64,000 nt of DNA, taken from assembly GCF_009914755.1 (NCBI RefSeq), contig NC_060928.1. The stretch is one strand, 5' to 3'. The translations under genes were made by a program, and so were the position numbers. Source of the DNA: the human T2T-CHM13v2.0 reference genome, Homo sapiens. Within the stretch, counting starts at the first letter, position 1; each line of letters starts with the position of its first letter. Below the pieces are notes generated by a model. The model worked only from the letters and a program-made list of their open reading frames with translations, was not told the origin of the DNA and made no database searches. This document shows, one piece after another, positions 44,450 through 57,746 of this stretch.

Positions 44450-45960
44450 CAGGTTGCTTGGTTTTCACTATGGAAGAGGGGCCACACCAATACAGAATGA
44501 GGCACAGCAAGAAAGAGCTCTATGGGAATGGATGGGAATTGGAGATAGGATGCAAACTCAGGATTTCTAAAATGTGTACATGTATGTGCATGTACATGTT
44601 TATGTTCTTCTGTGTGTACGTGTGTGTATAAGTGGATATACATGCTGATGTTTCCTAGATCTCTCTGCTGAAAGCACAAAAAGCAAAGACATCCCAGTGG
44701 CAGTGAGTCTACCTAATGCCCAGATGTAGTCTCTAATATTCCCCACAAAAAGGGACCAGGACTACTCAGAGTAATGGCAGATTCCAAGGCAGAGGCAGGA
44801 TAGGTGCCAGATGAGCCTGGAAAATCTTGTTAGACCAGAAAGTAAAGTATGCACAAAAATAACAGAATGTATTACAAGGACTTGGGAGACACCTTGAAGG
44901 GGTTCCACTGTCCAAATTGGGTAAATTGAAATACTAGTACAAAACTAAATTTTAAACCATGGAATAATAGAAACACATGGATCCATATCGATAATTTTTA
45001 AAAAACATAAATAGTGGAGACAGGAGGGCTGTCGCTTACAGTGGAATGCTGAGGGCTAAACGTTCAGTGTGGAGAGAGTGCTGGAGAGGCAAATCATCAT
45101 TTTGCAGCCATAGAATAAAGATGAAGTCATCAAAACACACCAACAGATGCTAAATCCAGGGGGAGATTTTGAAGAGGAGCAGCATACTTGCATGGTCTTA
45201 AAGCATCTCCCCACAGACTGCTTATTAGTTCAAAGGAGAAAAAACAAACAGTAGTTATTCAGTGGATATCAAAATTACCTTTACCAGTGAAGGATGGATG
45301 GATGACATGTACCTCCTGGTGTGATGCCCCATGAAGGACACAGCCTTGCCTCTGTAGCATGATGACCAAAAATGCACAGCCTGAGACACCAGGAAACACC
45401 AGAGAGACACAAATGAAGACTGTTGTTTTTTTAAAAAGAAGAGTGCATGTGTGGGAGGGGGGCACTCTGCTGTTCCAAAATGTCAATGTCACTCTGGCGG
45501 GGGATGTTAATAATGGGGCGCTTTGCATGTGAGGGGGAAGGTGGTATATGGGCGATCTCTATACCTTCCTCTCAATTTTGCTGTGAACCTAAAGCTAATC
45601 TAAAAAAAAAGTATTTTAAAAAAATAGTCAATGTCATAAAAGACAAGGAAAGCCTGTGAAAATGTTTTGGAATAAAAAAAACTAAAAGAGTATGACAACT
45701 AAATGCAATCACTGACCGTAGACTGAATCCTATACCAGAAGAGAAAGGAACGCTGTAGAGAACATTATTAGATCAACTGACAAACTGGAATATAGATGCC
45801 AGATTAGATGAAAATATTATATCAATGTAAATTTATGGAGTTGATAACTGCACTATAGTTATGTAAGAAAATATCCCTATTCTTAGAAATACACATTGAA
45901 GTATTTAAAGGTAAAGTGCCATAAGGTAACTTATCCAGTTGGTTCAGAAAAAAAGAATTC
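44450..45960 (+). mobile_element. L1MC/L1MD-type 3' UTR with a short nested L1 3' end at approx. 45492-45620
   Basis: catctccccacagactgcttatt and aatatccctattcttagaaatacacattgaagtattt motifs; nested piece ends ttttgctgtgaacctaaagct + A-tail, flanked by aaaatgtcaatgtca / aaatagtcaatgtca. Confidence 0.75.
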
Positions 45961-46329
45961 TGTATTCACACATATATGTGGCTGTACACACATACACACA
46001 CACACGTACACAGAGAGAGAGAGAAAGAGACAGAGACGAGGAGAAAGAGAGAGCAATGTTCTTTGGGGAAAGAGTGCTGTAGGGAAAGGAGACATTTGTT
46101 CCCTATGCCTGTAGCAACATCCAATCCAGGGCCATCTTCATGTCAAGGCTGGAGTAACTAGTCCTCTGTCTTGAAGAAACAATGAAAAATACATGAGGTG
46201 TAGTTGGGGCACTGGTTAGAATCAGGTCATTCAGATCAGGTGAATGCACCTAATGTGCAACCTCCCTTCCAGGGTCCATGTGCTGTGGTGCATTCCAGAC
46301 AATTCTAGCTTAATCACTGTGCCAGTCAG

Positions 46330-46825
46330 TTTTCCAGCAGGAATTGGAAATGGTACCCTGAAACTAGATAATTGAAGGCAATTTAATAAAGAGGCTACTT
46401 ACAAAGGTGGGTGGGGGCAGGCAGCATTAGAGAAACCAAGAGGAAAAGGCGCAGCTCCTCATAGCTAGCAGCACTGGGGAGCCAGCATTGTCAGAAAAAG
46501 TGGGAGTGTGGAGGATCAGGGACCTGAACCCAAGCCCAGAGAAGAGCTGTATGGAGACCTGGTATGGCCATCTGAGAGGAGCTGTCATCTTTGGTAGAGT
46601 GAGGCATCTGACTCTGCAGCCAACCCATAGCAACCCAGTGGGAGGGAGCCACGAGGGACAAACCTCCTGACCTTACTTTCCTTGCACCCTCTGATCTCCT
46701 GACAGGGTCTCCCATTGCCCAAATCCCCCTGAAGCCAGAGGACAGGAAGCCTATTAAGTAGGCAGGTCAGCCTCCCAGGACACACAGCAGCAGAGAGGAG
46801 GGTAGAAAGGGAATCTGGAAAGGAA
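46330..46825. mobile_element. Old ERVL-class LTR (LTR41-like)
   Basis: tttaataaagaggctacttacaaaggtg, gaagccagaggacaggaagcc and ggtcagcctcccagg motifs. Confidence 0.45.
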
Positions 46826-47859
46826 GCTGGATTTAGAAATCAGTGATATGTGGCTGTGATGAACATTTAGCTTTATTTGTAGAAGCACAGATTGCTGACA
46901 CCCAACATCACCAAATAATAAAAGATCTAATTGTATGTTGAAGATTCTTGAAACTGGGGTGGTTAAAAAGTTTAATAGGAAAGTTAAAGGAAAAAAATGC
47001 CTCTTTCTTGATTATTAGAAATAGGATTTTTAAAGCCCCTATTTTCTTTAAGTAAGTTGTTTTCCAAATTGTCAACTACAGCCAATACAGTAGAAAGTTA
47101 AGCATATGGAAGTTCCTTAACAACATGGCAGTAAAGTTCAGTATAGAAAAAGAAATTCTCTCATTAATTTTGTCCTGGAAATAGAATACCTGTCAGATTT
47201 GACCAAAAGGTTTTACATTTCTGGAGTGCTCCACCAAATTATGGCCCAGGGTCTATGGTGACCCAGGGGGAGTGCTCCCTAACTCTGGACCAAAGCAGAG
47301 TCTGCAGAGGGCCGGGTGGGCAAGGCTGGATGTTGACTGAGGACAGCTGGGTCAGACAGGAAGTACAAGTGGCCAGCTGAGGTATCAACTGGAAGATGCA
47401 TCACAAAATGAGAAGCTGAGATTCTTTGAGGCATGGTGCATGGCCAATGATTCAGGACCAAGGCTGTTAGATGCCAGCAATAAAGTGCTGCTTAGCTGTT
47501 TGTTTTTGAGGCAGAAATGACTAGAAGAGGACAGACCTCATTCCATGCCTATTAAGACCAAAGATGTCTGTACACAGCCCATTTGTGGCTCTGTTATGAG
47601 AAATCAAACCCAGCCATGAGTTTCCTGTACACGAAGCCACACTGATTGTTGCCTTTCCAACATTTCTGGCCCGACCTCCCACTGCTTCTTAACTCATTCA
47701 TCGATGCTCCACTCACAAGGATTTCCCTGAGCATAACGCGATGTTTCACATTCCTGTGCCTTTGAACGTTGTATGAGACTTCAGATTTAGTGGCTGTAAC
47801 AAAGAGACAATGAAAAGAGAATGCCTTCAATTAGAGTTTGTATTTCCCTCCTGAAGTAG

Positions 47860-48218
47860 TCCTGAGGTGAGTGTACAGAACTGGAAGGGCAGTGCTGCTC
47901 CACACAGTCATTCAGGGACTCAAGGTCCTACCATCTTATTTCTTCACCATCTCCTGAGGTGTTGCCATTGTCCACAGGATTGAAGAAAGCTTACCTTCAT
48001 GTCTGGCAAAGAGAAAGCCTGGGGTAAGTCACTTTGCCTCTAAGGAGTTGACTCAAGTTGCACGATCGCTGCTACTCACACGCTATAGGCCTGAACCTGG
48101 TCACATGGCCATGGCTACCTCCAAAGAGGCTGGAAAATATAGTCTCTAGCTAGTGGCCATGTGCTCTACCCAAATGCATGGTCTTCATGAAAGGGGAGAC
48201 AATTAGAAGTTTCTGCCA
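47860..48218 (-). mobile_element. Old MLT1 LTR
   Basis: gtcattcagggactcaagg, ggtcacatggcc, gaggctggaaaatatagtc motifs. Confidence 0.65.
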
Positions 48219-48757
48219 CCATCTGCTATTTTCTTAACCAGGAATGGCCTTTTGTCACTTTGATCGTTTGCCTGATCTCTCCTCCCTGCCCTTTGTGACT
48301 TAGTAAAAATAAATTTTCTCTGTTCCCCAACTCCAGTATTTTGTTAACTCCTCTCTTATAATTACCTGTATACAACTTGGTCTGGGAGCTGAAGAAGCCA
48401 GCAATAAATTACTGAAATCACCTCTGCAGTTTTACAATTTTATGGTGTCTATAAAACCTCCCAGTAATTGCAGTGTTCACTTGGTCATCCTGCAGAACAG
48501 TATTGCTATTGGGAAAAAAAAAACTGTGTTTACAGCCCTGGTCACATTCTTTTATATGCTCCAAAGCTAAAGATCTTCTGTGACCAGGAAATGGTCTATC
48601 CTAGGCAAGACTTTACTATTCTTCTTCATTGTTGCTCCTTGTAGTAAGTTGTGCCCACTTCTATACTGTCCTGTGGGACCTACTAAGCTTTAGGGACCAG
48701 ACCATCACCATAATCATAAGATGCTCTCATATGTATCAAAATAAAATTTATACATGA

Positions 48758-49037
48758 GGACAGGCACAGTGGCTCATGCCTGTAATCCCAGTGCTTTGGG
48801 AGGTCAAGGCAGGAGGATCACTTGAGGCCAGGAGTTGGGGACTAGAGTGAGCAACATAATGAGATCCTGTTAAAAAAAAGTTGTTTTTTTTTTTTTTTTA
48901 ATTAACCAGGCACTGTGGCAGGCACCCTGTAGTCTGAGCTACATGGAGGCTGAAACAGGAGGATCACTTGAGCCCAAGAGTTCAAGACTGCAATGAGACA
49001 TGATTGTACCATTGCACTGGGTGACAGATCAAGACCC
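48758..49037 (+). mobile_element. Alu (AluJ-like)
   Basis: Diverged sense Alu; central linker partly replaced by a T-run. Confidence 0.88.
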
Positions 49038-49539
49038 AGGAAGGCCCAGATACTCTTGTTATGAGACTGCTAAACTGATAAAATAATACGTACGATTACA
49101 GAGCACTTTAGCTGGTGTCTGACTTTGGGCCCAAGTAAAATTCAGACATATCTGAATTAATCTGTTAAAGGGTAGCCACATCTTGGAGTTGGCCATTTGC
49201 ATAATAATACTAATTTGTGGCTGAAGGAATGAAGGGGTGCACAGGGGATACATGTGCCTGAGGGTGCAGACTAGGGATGCAGAGCCTGCATACCGCCAGT
49301 GCCCTGAACAGCTGGAAGACACGAGGAGCTCAGACACTTGTTGTTTGGTGCAATGGATGTGCTACAGGGAGACAGCAAAGTTGTTATAAAATATTCTGGG
49401 CTGGAAGCTACAAACTTGAGTGCTAACCTGTCTTTACCTGGACTTCACTTCTCTAGGCTTCTGTTTTCTCATTTGTTATGGAATTGGTTTGGGCGAGATG
49501 ATTTCTGTGGGCCTTGCAGTTAAAATGTTTTCTGACTCA

Positions 49540-49836
49540 GCCGGGGATGGTGGCTCACACCTGTAACCCTAGCACTTTAGGAGACCAAGGTGGGCTGATC
49601 TCTTGAGACTGAGGATTCGAGACCAGCCTGGCCAACATGGTGAAACCCTGTTTCTACTAAAAATACAAAAATTAGCTGGGTGTGGTGCTGTGTGCCTGTA
49701 ATCCCAGCTACTCAGGAGGCTGAGGCAGGAGAATCACTTGAATCCAGGAGGCGGAGATTTCAGTGAGCCGAGATTGCACCATGACACCCCAGCCTGGGTG
49801 ACAGAGCGAGACTTTGTCTCAAAAAAGAAAAAAATA
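49540..49836 (+). mobile_element. Alu (AluS)
   Basis: Sense Alu with A-tail. Confidence 0.92.
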
Positions 49837-50274
49837 AACTTAAAAAAAGTTTTCCGATTCTAAGGAGAACTCTGACCATAAAAGAAATTAACGTGGTGTG
49901 ATACACTATCAAGACCAGTAAGTTAATGAGAAAAAGAAAGGCATGAATATGAGTAGCTGAGTATGTCTCCTTTATCAAATGGAAGCAGGACCTGAAATCC
50001 ATTTCTCTGGACACAGACAGAGGGCAGCAGTACCAGGAGTGGTGGTTTTCTGTGGTGTCCATAGATTCCAATAAACCCTTACTTCCGTGGAAATGAGGAA
50101 ACAAGGCTGTTTCCTAACAGATCGGTGGTTTTTAAAATCCCATGTCTTCTGAAACTTTCTGTCCATCTGTTTCTGTTGTGCTGAACTCCGCTTTGGTAGC
50201 ATGAAAAGGAAGAGGCAAGCAGCAGCTGGAATAAAAAAAGACATTGTTCCTTCCTATTCAGCCAGTACATTCTA

Positions 50275-50410
<136 letters not shown>

Positions 50411-50582
50411 TAAAAGTGGGCAATGATAAATAAAATGATACTGAAATTTTTGAACACTTCATATTTCATATACGTTTACAAACCTGTTATAATTGGCTAC
50501 CAAAATCTTCACATTTTTATCCCCTTCCAGTCTCTACTTACTCCTTGTATTTTAGAGCATCTGGGTTTTTTGGTTTTGGTTT

Positions 50583-50615
<33 letters not shown>

Positions 50616-51587
50616 GGTCATTACCCTATCATGCTCTTGTCCTTGAATTTTTTCTCAATTTCCTTATTATCTCCAAAAATATCTGCAGCACATTGATAAA
50701 GGGAATGGTATAGATAGACAATAGGGGAAAACATCCCACAAAATATTCTAGCAATACTAAATTCTTATCTGCAGTTTTCTCTGGCTGAGAGTTAGGTGGA
50801 GAAGGAAGGTGGTGAAGAGAAAGCAAAAATACACTTTCTTCATGCTTTGATAAGCTCTGTGTGTGTCCCTTATTAGGAGACCCAGTTCAAGAAAAAATAG
50901 AATAAACAGCATCCTCTGTCATTCCTAGATTGTTTTGCTCTGACTGACCTCACCTGAAAGTAAGTAAATGTGGAAGAGGGTCATAATGCAACTTACTGGT
51001 GATTTATTTGCAGAAGTAAATGAAAATAATAGTGATAAATAAGGGTAATGTATATTGATTGCATTAATGGGCCATTCTTTTATGCCTTCCTACATCCGTG
51101 CTCTTGGGCAGTACCCTTCCACACTGACTTTCTGCTTGGTTATGTGTCTTGTTCTGACCAATGGGGCTGTAGCAATGTTGATGTAAGCAGGGGCTTCAAA
51201 AAACCTTTACATGATTCGTACAGCCATTATAGAAAACAGTATGGGGGTCCTCAAAAAAAAAATAAAACTAGAACTTCCATATGATCTGGCAATCCTGCTT
51301 CTGGGTATAAATCCAAAGGAAATGAAGTCAGCATGTCAAAGAGATGGCTGCACTCCCATATTTATTGCAGCATTATTCACAATAGCCAAGTTAAGGAATC
51401 AATCTGTGTCCATCAACGGATGAATGGACAAAGAAAATGTGGTATATTTACACAATAGAATAATATTCAGACTTCAAAAATTTAAAAAATCCTGTCATTT
51501 GTGACAACATGGATAAACCTGAAGAACGTTATGTTAAGGGAAATAAGCCAGGCACAGAAAGACAAATACTGTAGGACCTCACTTACA

Positions 51588-51964
51588 CAAGGGGACTTCA
51601 AAAAGTTCATGGAAAAATGCATATTGTGAAAAAACTATGCATAGATCTCAAACCATTTTTTAACCAAAATAAACTTGTACTACCCTATTATAACATGTCT
51701 GGTGCCAGGCGCCTGTAATCCCAGCACTTTGGGAGGCTGAGGCAGGCAGATCACAAGGTCAGGAGTTTAAGACCAGCCTGGCCAATATGGTGAAACCCCA
51801 TCTCTACTAAAAATACAAAAAATATCAAAGAGTGGTGGCAGATGCCTGTTATCCCAGCTACTCAGGAGGCTGAGGCAGGAGAATCACTTGAACCCAGGAT
51901 GGGGAGGTTACAGTGAGCCAAGATCTCACCACTGCACTCCAGCCTGGGTGACAGTGCAAGACTA

Positions 51965-51999
<35 letters not shown>

Positions 52000-53154
52000 A
52001 CGTCTGGACAGGATCTAGTTTAAGGCATTAAAAAGTATTGAACATCAGTTTGAAAAGAGCACCTATCAGAGCCACATAAATCTTCAAAAACTGAAGCAAG
52101 AACAAATACCAAACTTATGCTGAAGCTTAGGTAGAAAAATGATAAAATCATTCATGCTTTACAAAAAGTTTATGGGAACAATGCTCCAAAGAAATCAGCA
52201 GTTTACAAATGGACAATGAGGCAAAGTTAAAGATGAAGCTCACAGAGGCAGACCATCCACATCAATATTCAAGGAAGAAAATAATCTTGTGTATACCCTA
52301 ATTGAAGAGGACTGACGATTAATGACAGAAACAAAAGCCAACACCACAGACATCTCAACTGGGTCAGCTTACACATTTCTGACTGACAAATAAAATTGAG
52401 CAAACTTTCCACTCAATGGATGCCACAATTGTTGCTCTCAGATTAGCTGCAGACAAGAGCAGAGCTTTCAATGGAAATCTTAAACAAGTAGGAGCAAGAT
52501 CCTGAAGCATTTCTTCAAAGAAGTGTAACAGGAGATGCAACACGGCCTTACCAGTACAATCCTGAAGACAAAGTACAATCACAGCGATGGCTACCAAGAG
52601 GTGGAAGAAGTTCAGTCAGAGCAAAAGTGAACTGGTCAGAAGCAAAGGTCATGGCAACAGTTTTTTGGGATGTTCAAGGCATTTTGCTTGTTGGCTTTCT
52701 GGACAGCCAGAAAAAATAATAACATCTACTTATTATGAGAGTGTTTTGAGAAAGTTAACCAATGCTATTAGCAGAAAAATGCCCGAGAAAGCTTCACCAG
52801 ATACTCTTTCTCTACATGATAATGCTCCTGCTCCTTCTTCTCATCAACCAAGGGCAATTTTAGGCATCCACCTTACAGTTCTGATTTGGTTCCTCCTGAC
52901 TTCTTTTTGTTTCCTAATATTAAAAAATGTGTAAATGGCACCCATTTTTTTTCTCAGTTAATGATGTAAAAAAAGAGACTGCATTGACATGATTAAATTC
53001 CCAAGGCCCTGAGTTCTTTAGGGATAGGCTAGTATCATTGTTTACAAAAGTATTTTGAACTTGATGGAGTTTATATTGAGAAATAATATGTATATTTATA
53101 TTGTATTTTTATCTTTTAACTACATTCTTCCAGGGACATTTTTATTCCCCCTGT
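51588..53154 (+). mobile_element. HSMAR2 mariner DNA transposon, near full length, decayed transposase
   Basis: 5' TIR caaggggacttcaaaaagttcatggaaaa; catalytic-motif remnants VTGD (approx. 52525), HDNAPA (approx. 52815), HPPYSSDLVPPDF (approx. 52865); degenerate 3' TIR near 53130-53154. Confidence 0.93.
51704..51997 (+). mobile_element. Alu (AluSg-like) inside HSMAR2
   Basis: gatcacaaggtcaggagtt...gccaatatggtg; TSD aacatgtctgg / aacacgtctgg. Confidence 0.93.
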
Positions 53155-54019
53155 TATGTGTAATAAAAAAGTTGAACTCAGGGAGGCAGAGAATAGAATG
53201 ATGGTTACCAGGGTCTAGAGGCTGAAGTGGAAAAGACTGGGGAAATGCTGGTCAAAGGACACAAAATTAGACAGACAAAAGGAATAAGTTCAAGAGATCC
53301 ATTGTACAGCATGATTACTATAGTTAATAACAATGTATTGTATACTTACAATTGCTGAGAGTAGATTTAATTGTTCCCACTATAAAAAATGATAAGGGTA
53401 TAAGGTAATGTATATATTAATTAGCTTGAGTTAGCCATTCTGAAATGTGTACATATATCAAAATATCATATGTGTATACCATAAATATATATATATATAA
53501 TTTTGTCAATTAAAAAAAGAAAGAATTTTTTTAAAATCTCCAAATGTCTCCACTTCCTCTCTTGTGCTCTGTCATCATCATGAGAACTAGGCAGCTGGGG
53601 GATGAAACGCATGTGGCAGACCCAACCATCCCAGTGGAGGCCATCATAGATTACATAATAGCCAGATGATCCCCACACATGTGAATGAGAACAGATGAAC
53701 CCATCTCTGATCAGAAGAGCTGCCAGATAACCTGTAGACTTGTAAGAAACAATTGCTTTCCACCACAATTATTATGTGAGGTGATTTATTATGCAGCAAT
53801 AGCTAACTGATACAGATAATAATAATAATTTATTGAGTATTTAGTATATGTCAGGTACTCCTTAATGCTTCTTTCATAAATCATTTCATCCTTGTAATAA
53901 CTCTGATAGTACTACTACAGACTCCTTTTTAAAATTCATATTATTGAGGCTAAAGTATAAACCTTCAAAATGATTTTTCACATTCTATTAACATCACAAA
54001 TATCCTGTGCCATAGACAG

Positions 54020-55085
54020 GGAAGGTATGAGACAAGATCAAGTTGTCTAATGTACGTGCAGTTGGAGTCTTAGATGATGAGGAGAAAGAGAATAAAGTAG
54101 AAAAAAATTAGAAGAAATAATGGCCAAACATGTTCCACATTTTGTGAAAAACATCCACCCACAGATTCAAGAAGCTCAACAAATCACTAGCAGGATAAAT
54201 ACAAAGAAAACCACATGTGGGCACACTATAGTCAAACTGCCTGAAAATTGAAGATAAAATCTTTAAATCAGTTAGGAAAAAAAATGATGTTACAGAGGAG
54301 CAACTATAAGAATGATACATGGGCCAGGGACAGTGGCTCACGCCTGTAATCCCAGCACTTTGGGAGGCCAAGACAGGCGGATCACTTAAGGTCAGGAGTT
54401 CAAGACCAGCCTGGCCAACATGGTGAAACCCCATCTCTACCAAAAATACAAAAAAAATTGGTGGGCATGGTGGCTCACACCTGTAATCCTAGCTACTCAG
54501 GAGGCTGAGGTGGGAGAATCACTTGAACTGGGAGGCAGAGGTTGCAGTGAGCTGAGACCGTGCCACTGCACTGCACTCCAGCCTGGGTGACAAAATGAGA
54601 CTCTTTCTAAAAAAAAAAAAAGAAAATGATATGTAACCTCTAATCAGAAATAATGGAAGCCAGAAGACAATTAAAAGATTTGTTTAAAGTGCTAAAGGGG
54701 GAAAAAGTCAATCTTGAACTATATATACAGCCAAAATATACTCCAAAAATGAGGGTGAAATAGATATTGTCAATATATGAAAACTAAGAGAAGTTATTAC
54801 CCCCAAACATCAACTATAAGAAATGTAGTTAGAGAAAATTCCTCAGGCTGAAAGAAAATGTCACATGGCAACTCAAATTTATAGAAGTAATGAAAAGTAC
54901 CAAAAATGTAAATACATTGGTAGATATAAAAAGTTACCATTTTTTCGGTAGATATAAAAGGTTATCATTTTTTCCTTTTTTAATTATATTAAAGATAGTT
55001 GGCCCTTTAAGGTAAAAAAATTATATTTGGAATTTGCAATTTGCGTAGATGGAAAATATACAACAAAAATAGCACAAAGTACGGG
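54020..55085 (+). mobile_element. Old L1M/HAL1 ORF1 region
   Basis: gaagaaataatggccaaa...cagattcaagaagctcaacaaa...atagtcaaactg and atggaagccagaagacaa (ORF1-like EEIMA..QIQEAQ..IVKL..MEARRQ). Confidence 0.75.
54322..54625 (+). mobile_element. Alu (AluSx/Sz-like)
   Basis: Sense Alu; aatgata on both flanks. Confidence 0.93.
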
Positions 55086-56268
55086 GATATAAATACATTA
55101 GAGACTTAAGTTTCAGGTGTCTAACAATTAATTAAATGCCTTTTGATCATGGCTAGAGTTTGCCATTTGCTATGTTGGTAGCCACCCATAGGAAATGAGA
55201 AATGTAAGGCATGGTCCTTGACCTTGAGGAACTTACAAGGAGCTGAGAAAGCAATGTATAAAACACAGAAATACCCCAGCAATAATTGAAAGATAATGAG
55301 TGGAAAATCAAAACAGCAGACAAAATGGCTAGGATTTCCTAGGGTTCAAAATGCAAAGGAGTGATAAAATTCACTCCTAGTCCATCTGAAGACAATTTAT
55401 GAATTAGGAGGGGGAAAAAACAGATTTCCTCTCATAGTTAATGTCTGGAAAAGTATGTAAAACTGGACTTCAGCCCCAGTAACACTCAGTTGGGCTCCTA
55501 TGAGCAGTGAAACACAGTGGCTCTGATCTGAGTGGATGGAGATGTAATTGGAAAGATTTCTAGGATCCTGAGTTGTGCATTAAATAACTTCATAAACATA
55601 GACGGTTTTCACATCCAAAGGAAAGAATAACTTCTGCATTAATTTTCAGAAAGAGCTTCAAAGAATCTCAACCTTGGTACATTTTTGGAAGTTTCAGATC
55701 CAGCTCAACTAAACTTTGCTTTGTCTTTCTGTTTCAAACAATCTCATGGGAATGTTTTATATTTCTTCTTTAAATTTCATCTTTTTGGAAAAATTATGAA
55801 GGCAAGGGTTTGAGTAAAGGAGGAAATTTGAAAGTTTGCGATTCTTAGTTAGTATTGAATATTAAATAGCCCAAAGGCTATTACTAAGCAATAATTCTCT
55901 GGAAGAATATTTAAAGGAGTCCTTTTCTCCCTCTCTCATTGAACACACTCATTTATGCATGCACACATATTCCATCTGTGCTACTACAAATATTAATTTA
56001 AAACTTGGCAGATGATTATCTTAAAAGATGAAATAAGTCATCAACTGCCAAATTAAGAGTTAACAGCTCCTAGCATTTAAAATTGTGATTAGATTTTTAC
56101 TGGGTATCGAAAGTTTACTTTAACTTTCAAACTAAAGGGAAATAATATAAATTGTGTCTTCAAGAAAATAAGCAAAATTTTAAAATAATTTTTCTAATTG
56201 TGCCCTCAAAATTCATGTTTATTAATTATAAAGCTATTCATTTATACTCTAGAAAACTTTGAAAATAG

Positions 56269-56270
56269 AC

Positions 56271-56297
<27 letters not shown>
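56269..56297. repeat. (AC)n microsatellite
   Basis: About 14 units. Confidence 0.95.
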
Positions 56298-56301
<4 letters not shown>

Positions 56302-56534
56302 GAAAAATGGGAAAACCTAAACTTTCATCATCCTCTCAGAAAAAAGTCATGCTAACATTTTTGTTTCCCTTTTGGTCTATCTTTTCTGCATGCACACATA
56401 CTTTCAGACAACATTAAAACGTTATTTTTAATAACTTTTAGATTATACTGCTTTAACAGTTTTGAATCTTTTCTTTCATTTAACCAATCATTAAAGATCT
56501 TTCAAACACATTATTTTAGGTATCTGCCATAATT

Positions 56535-57100
56535 ATGTATCTCTAGGATGGCCTCCAATGATTATTGCCTCCTGGTAATCATGACCTTGTGCTATAGCCT
56601 CTTACAATGAATACAGCTAACCTAAGTAACCAATAAGATGCAAGAAATGGTAGCATGAAAGACACTACAGCTTCCACCTTGCTCTTTTTTGGACTATTCT
56701 CTATGGGAAAAGCCAGCTGCCATGTTCATGATCACATCCCTATAGAGAGGTCCACATAATGAGGAGTTGAGGCCTCCTGCCAAGAACCAGCACGAATTTG
56801 CCAAGTACTTGAGTTTTTCATCATGTAAGAGGATCCTCCCACCTCAGACAAGTTTACACATGACTGCAACCCTGACCAACACCTTGACTGTAACCTCATA
56901 CAGACATGGAGACAGAACCTCCAAAGTGATCTGCTCCTGGGTTCCCGACTCATAGAAATTGAGTGCATTCGTAAATATTGATTGTTTTAAACATTTAAAT
57001 TTTAGGATAACTTGTTGTATATGGACAACTAATAATTATTTTGGCACCAAAAGTGGGGTGCTACCATAACAAAACCCTAAAATGTGGGGTGGCTTTACAA
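56535..57100 (+). mobile_element. MLT1 (E/F-like) LTR plus start of MLT1 internal sequence
   Basis: gatggcctccaatg, agccagctgccatgtt, tgactgtaacctcat; internal start ttggcaccaaaagtggggtgc. Confidence 0.78.
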
Positions 57101-57735
57101 CAGAGAAAAGAAAACAGTTTGAGAAGTAAAAGAATAAAGTACATTGCACCAGATGAAACTAGGGACAGAGTGCACAGACAGCCTACAGATGGGAGAAAAC
57201 TTTTGCAAACTATTTTCATTTGATCTGACGAATACATGGAAAATATGAGACACTATTGAAAAACTATTATAAATAATGAAAGAATTTAGTAAGGTGATAA
57301 AAGACCAAAGAACTATGTTTCTACCCTAGATGCATTCAAGGGGCTTTGAATAGAGGTCCGACCAAGTGTGTTTATAGGCAGTGGTAGGAGAAACAGAGCT
57401 GTTTCTTGATTGTATCCTACTTAATTCACTTATTCAGCGAACAAGTTACACAAATACACACAATAATTTTAGCTGTATAACACTTGAACACTACATGCGT
57501 AATCCTGAAATGTGGGCACATGCACTTATAAACCCTAATTATTGTGGGGGAGTTGTTGCTAATTTTGAAACTACAATTAGCAGGATGGAAATAATGGAGC
57601 ATCTGGTGATTAAAGCAGCGTGTCAACCTGAACCACCTCATTCCTAACCTCAGTCCCTGTAGCTTCTCATATTCTTTCAGATCAGCTTCTCTGAGACTAA
57701 TCAGCAAGTCTTTGCTGTTTAGCTTCCTGGGCCAC

Positions 57736-57746
57736 TGCTGAGTCAC
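57736..57746 (-). promoter_or_regulatory. Perfect ARE/MARE (NRF2/NF-E2/BACH-sMAF) motif GTGACTCAGCA
   Basis: tgctgagtcac on the + strand in non-repetitive DNA; motif match only, function unproven. Confidence 0.35.

Larger units (their letters stand above)
51215..53525 (+). mobile_element. L1MA 3' end (pieces 51215-51587 and 53155-53525)
   Basis: ORF LKKKIKLELPYDLAILLLGINPKEMKS; resumes after the mariner at tatgtg...aaaaaagttgaactca. Confidence 0.88.
51049..53814 (+). mobile_element. MLT1 LTR (pieces 51049-51210 and 53540-53814) hosting L1MA > HSMAR2 > Alu
   Basis: tg... start, ...gcagcaatagctaactgataca end; 5-bp TSD ggtaa/gataa. Confidence 0.75.

Noticed and set aside
50563-50615. T28 tract with GT-rich flank as the tail of a hidden retrocopy
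   Set aside because: No TSD, no correctly placed polyadenylation signal and no recognisable body next to it.
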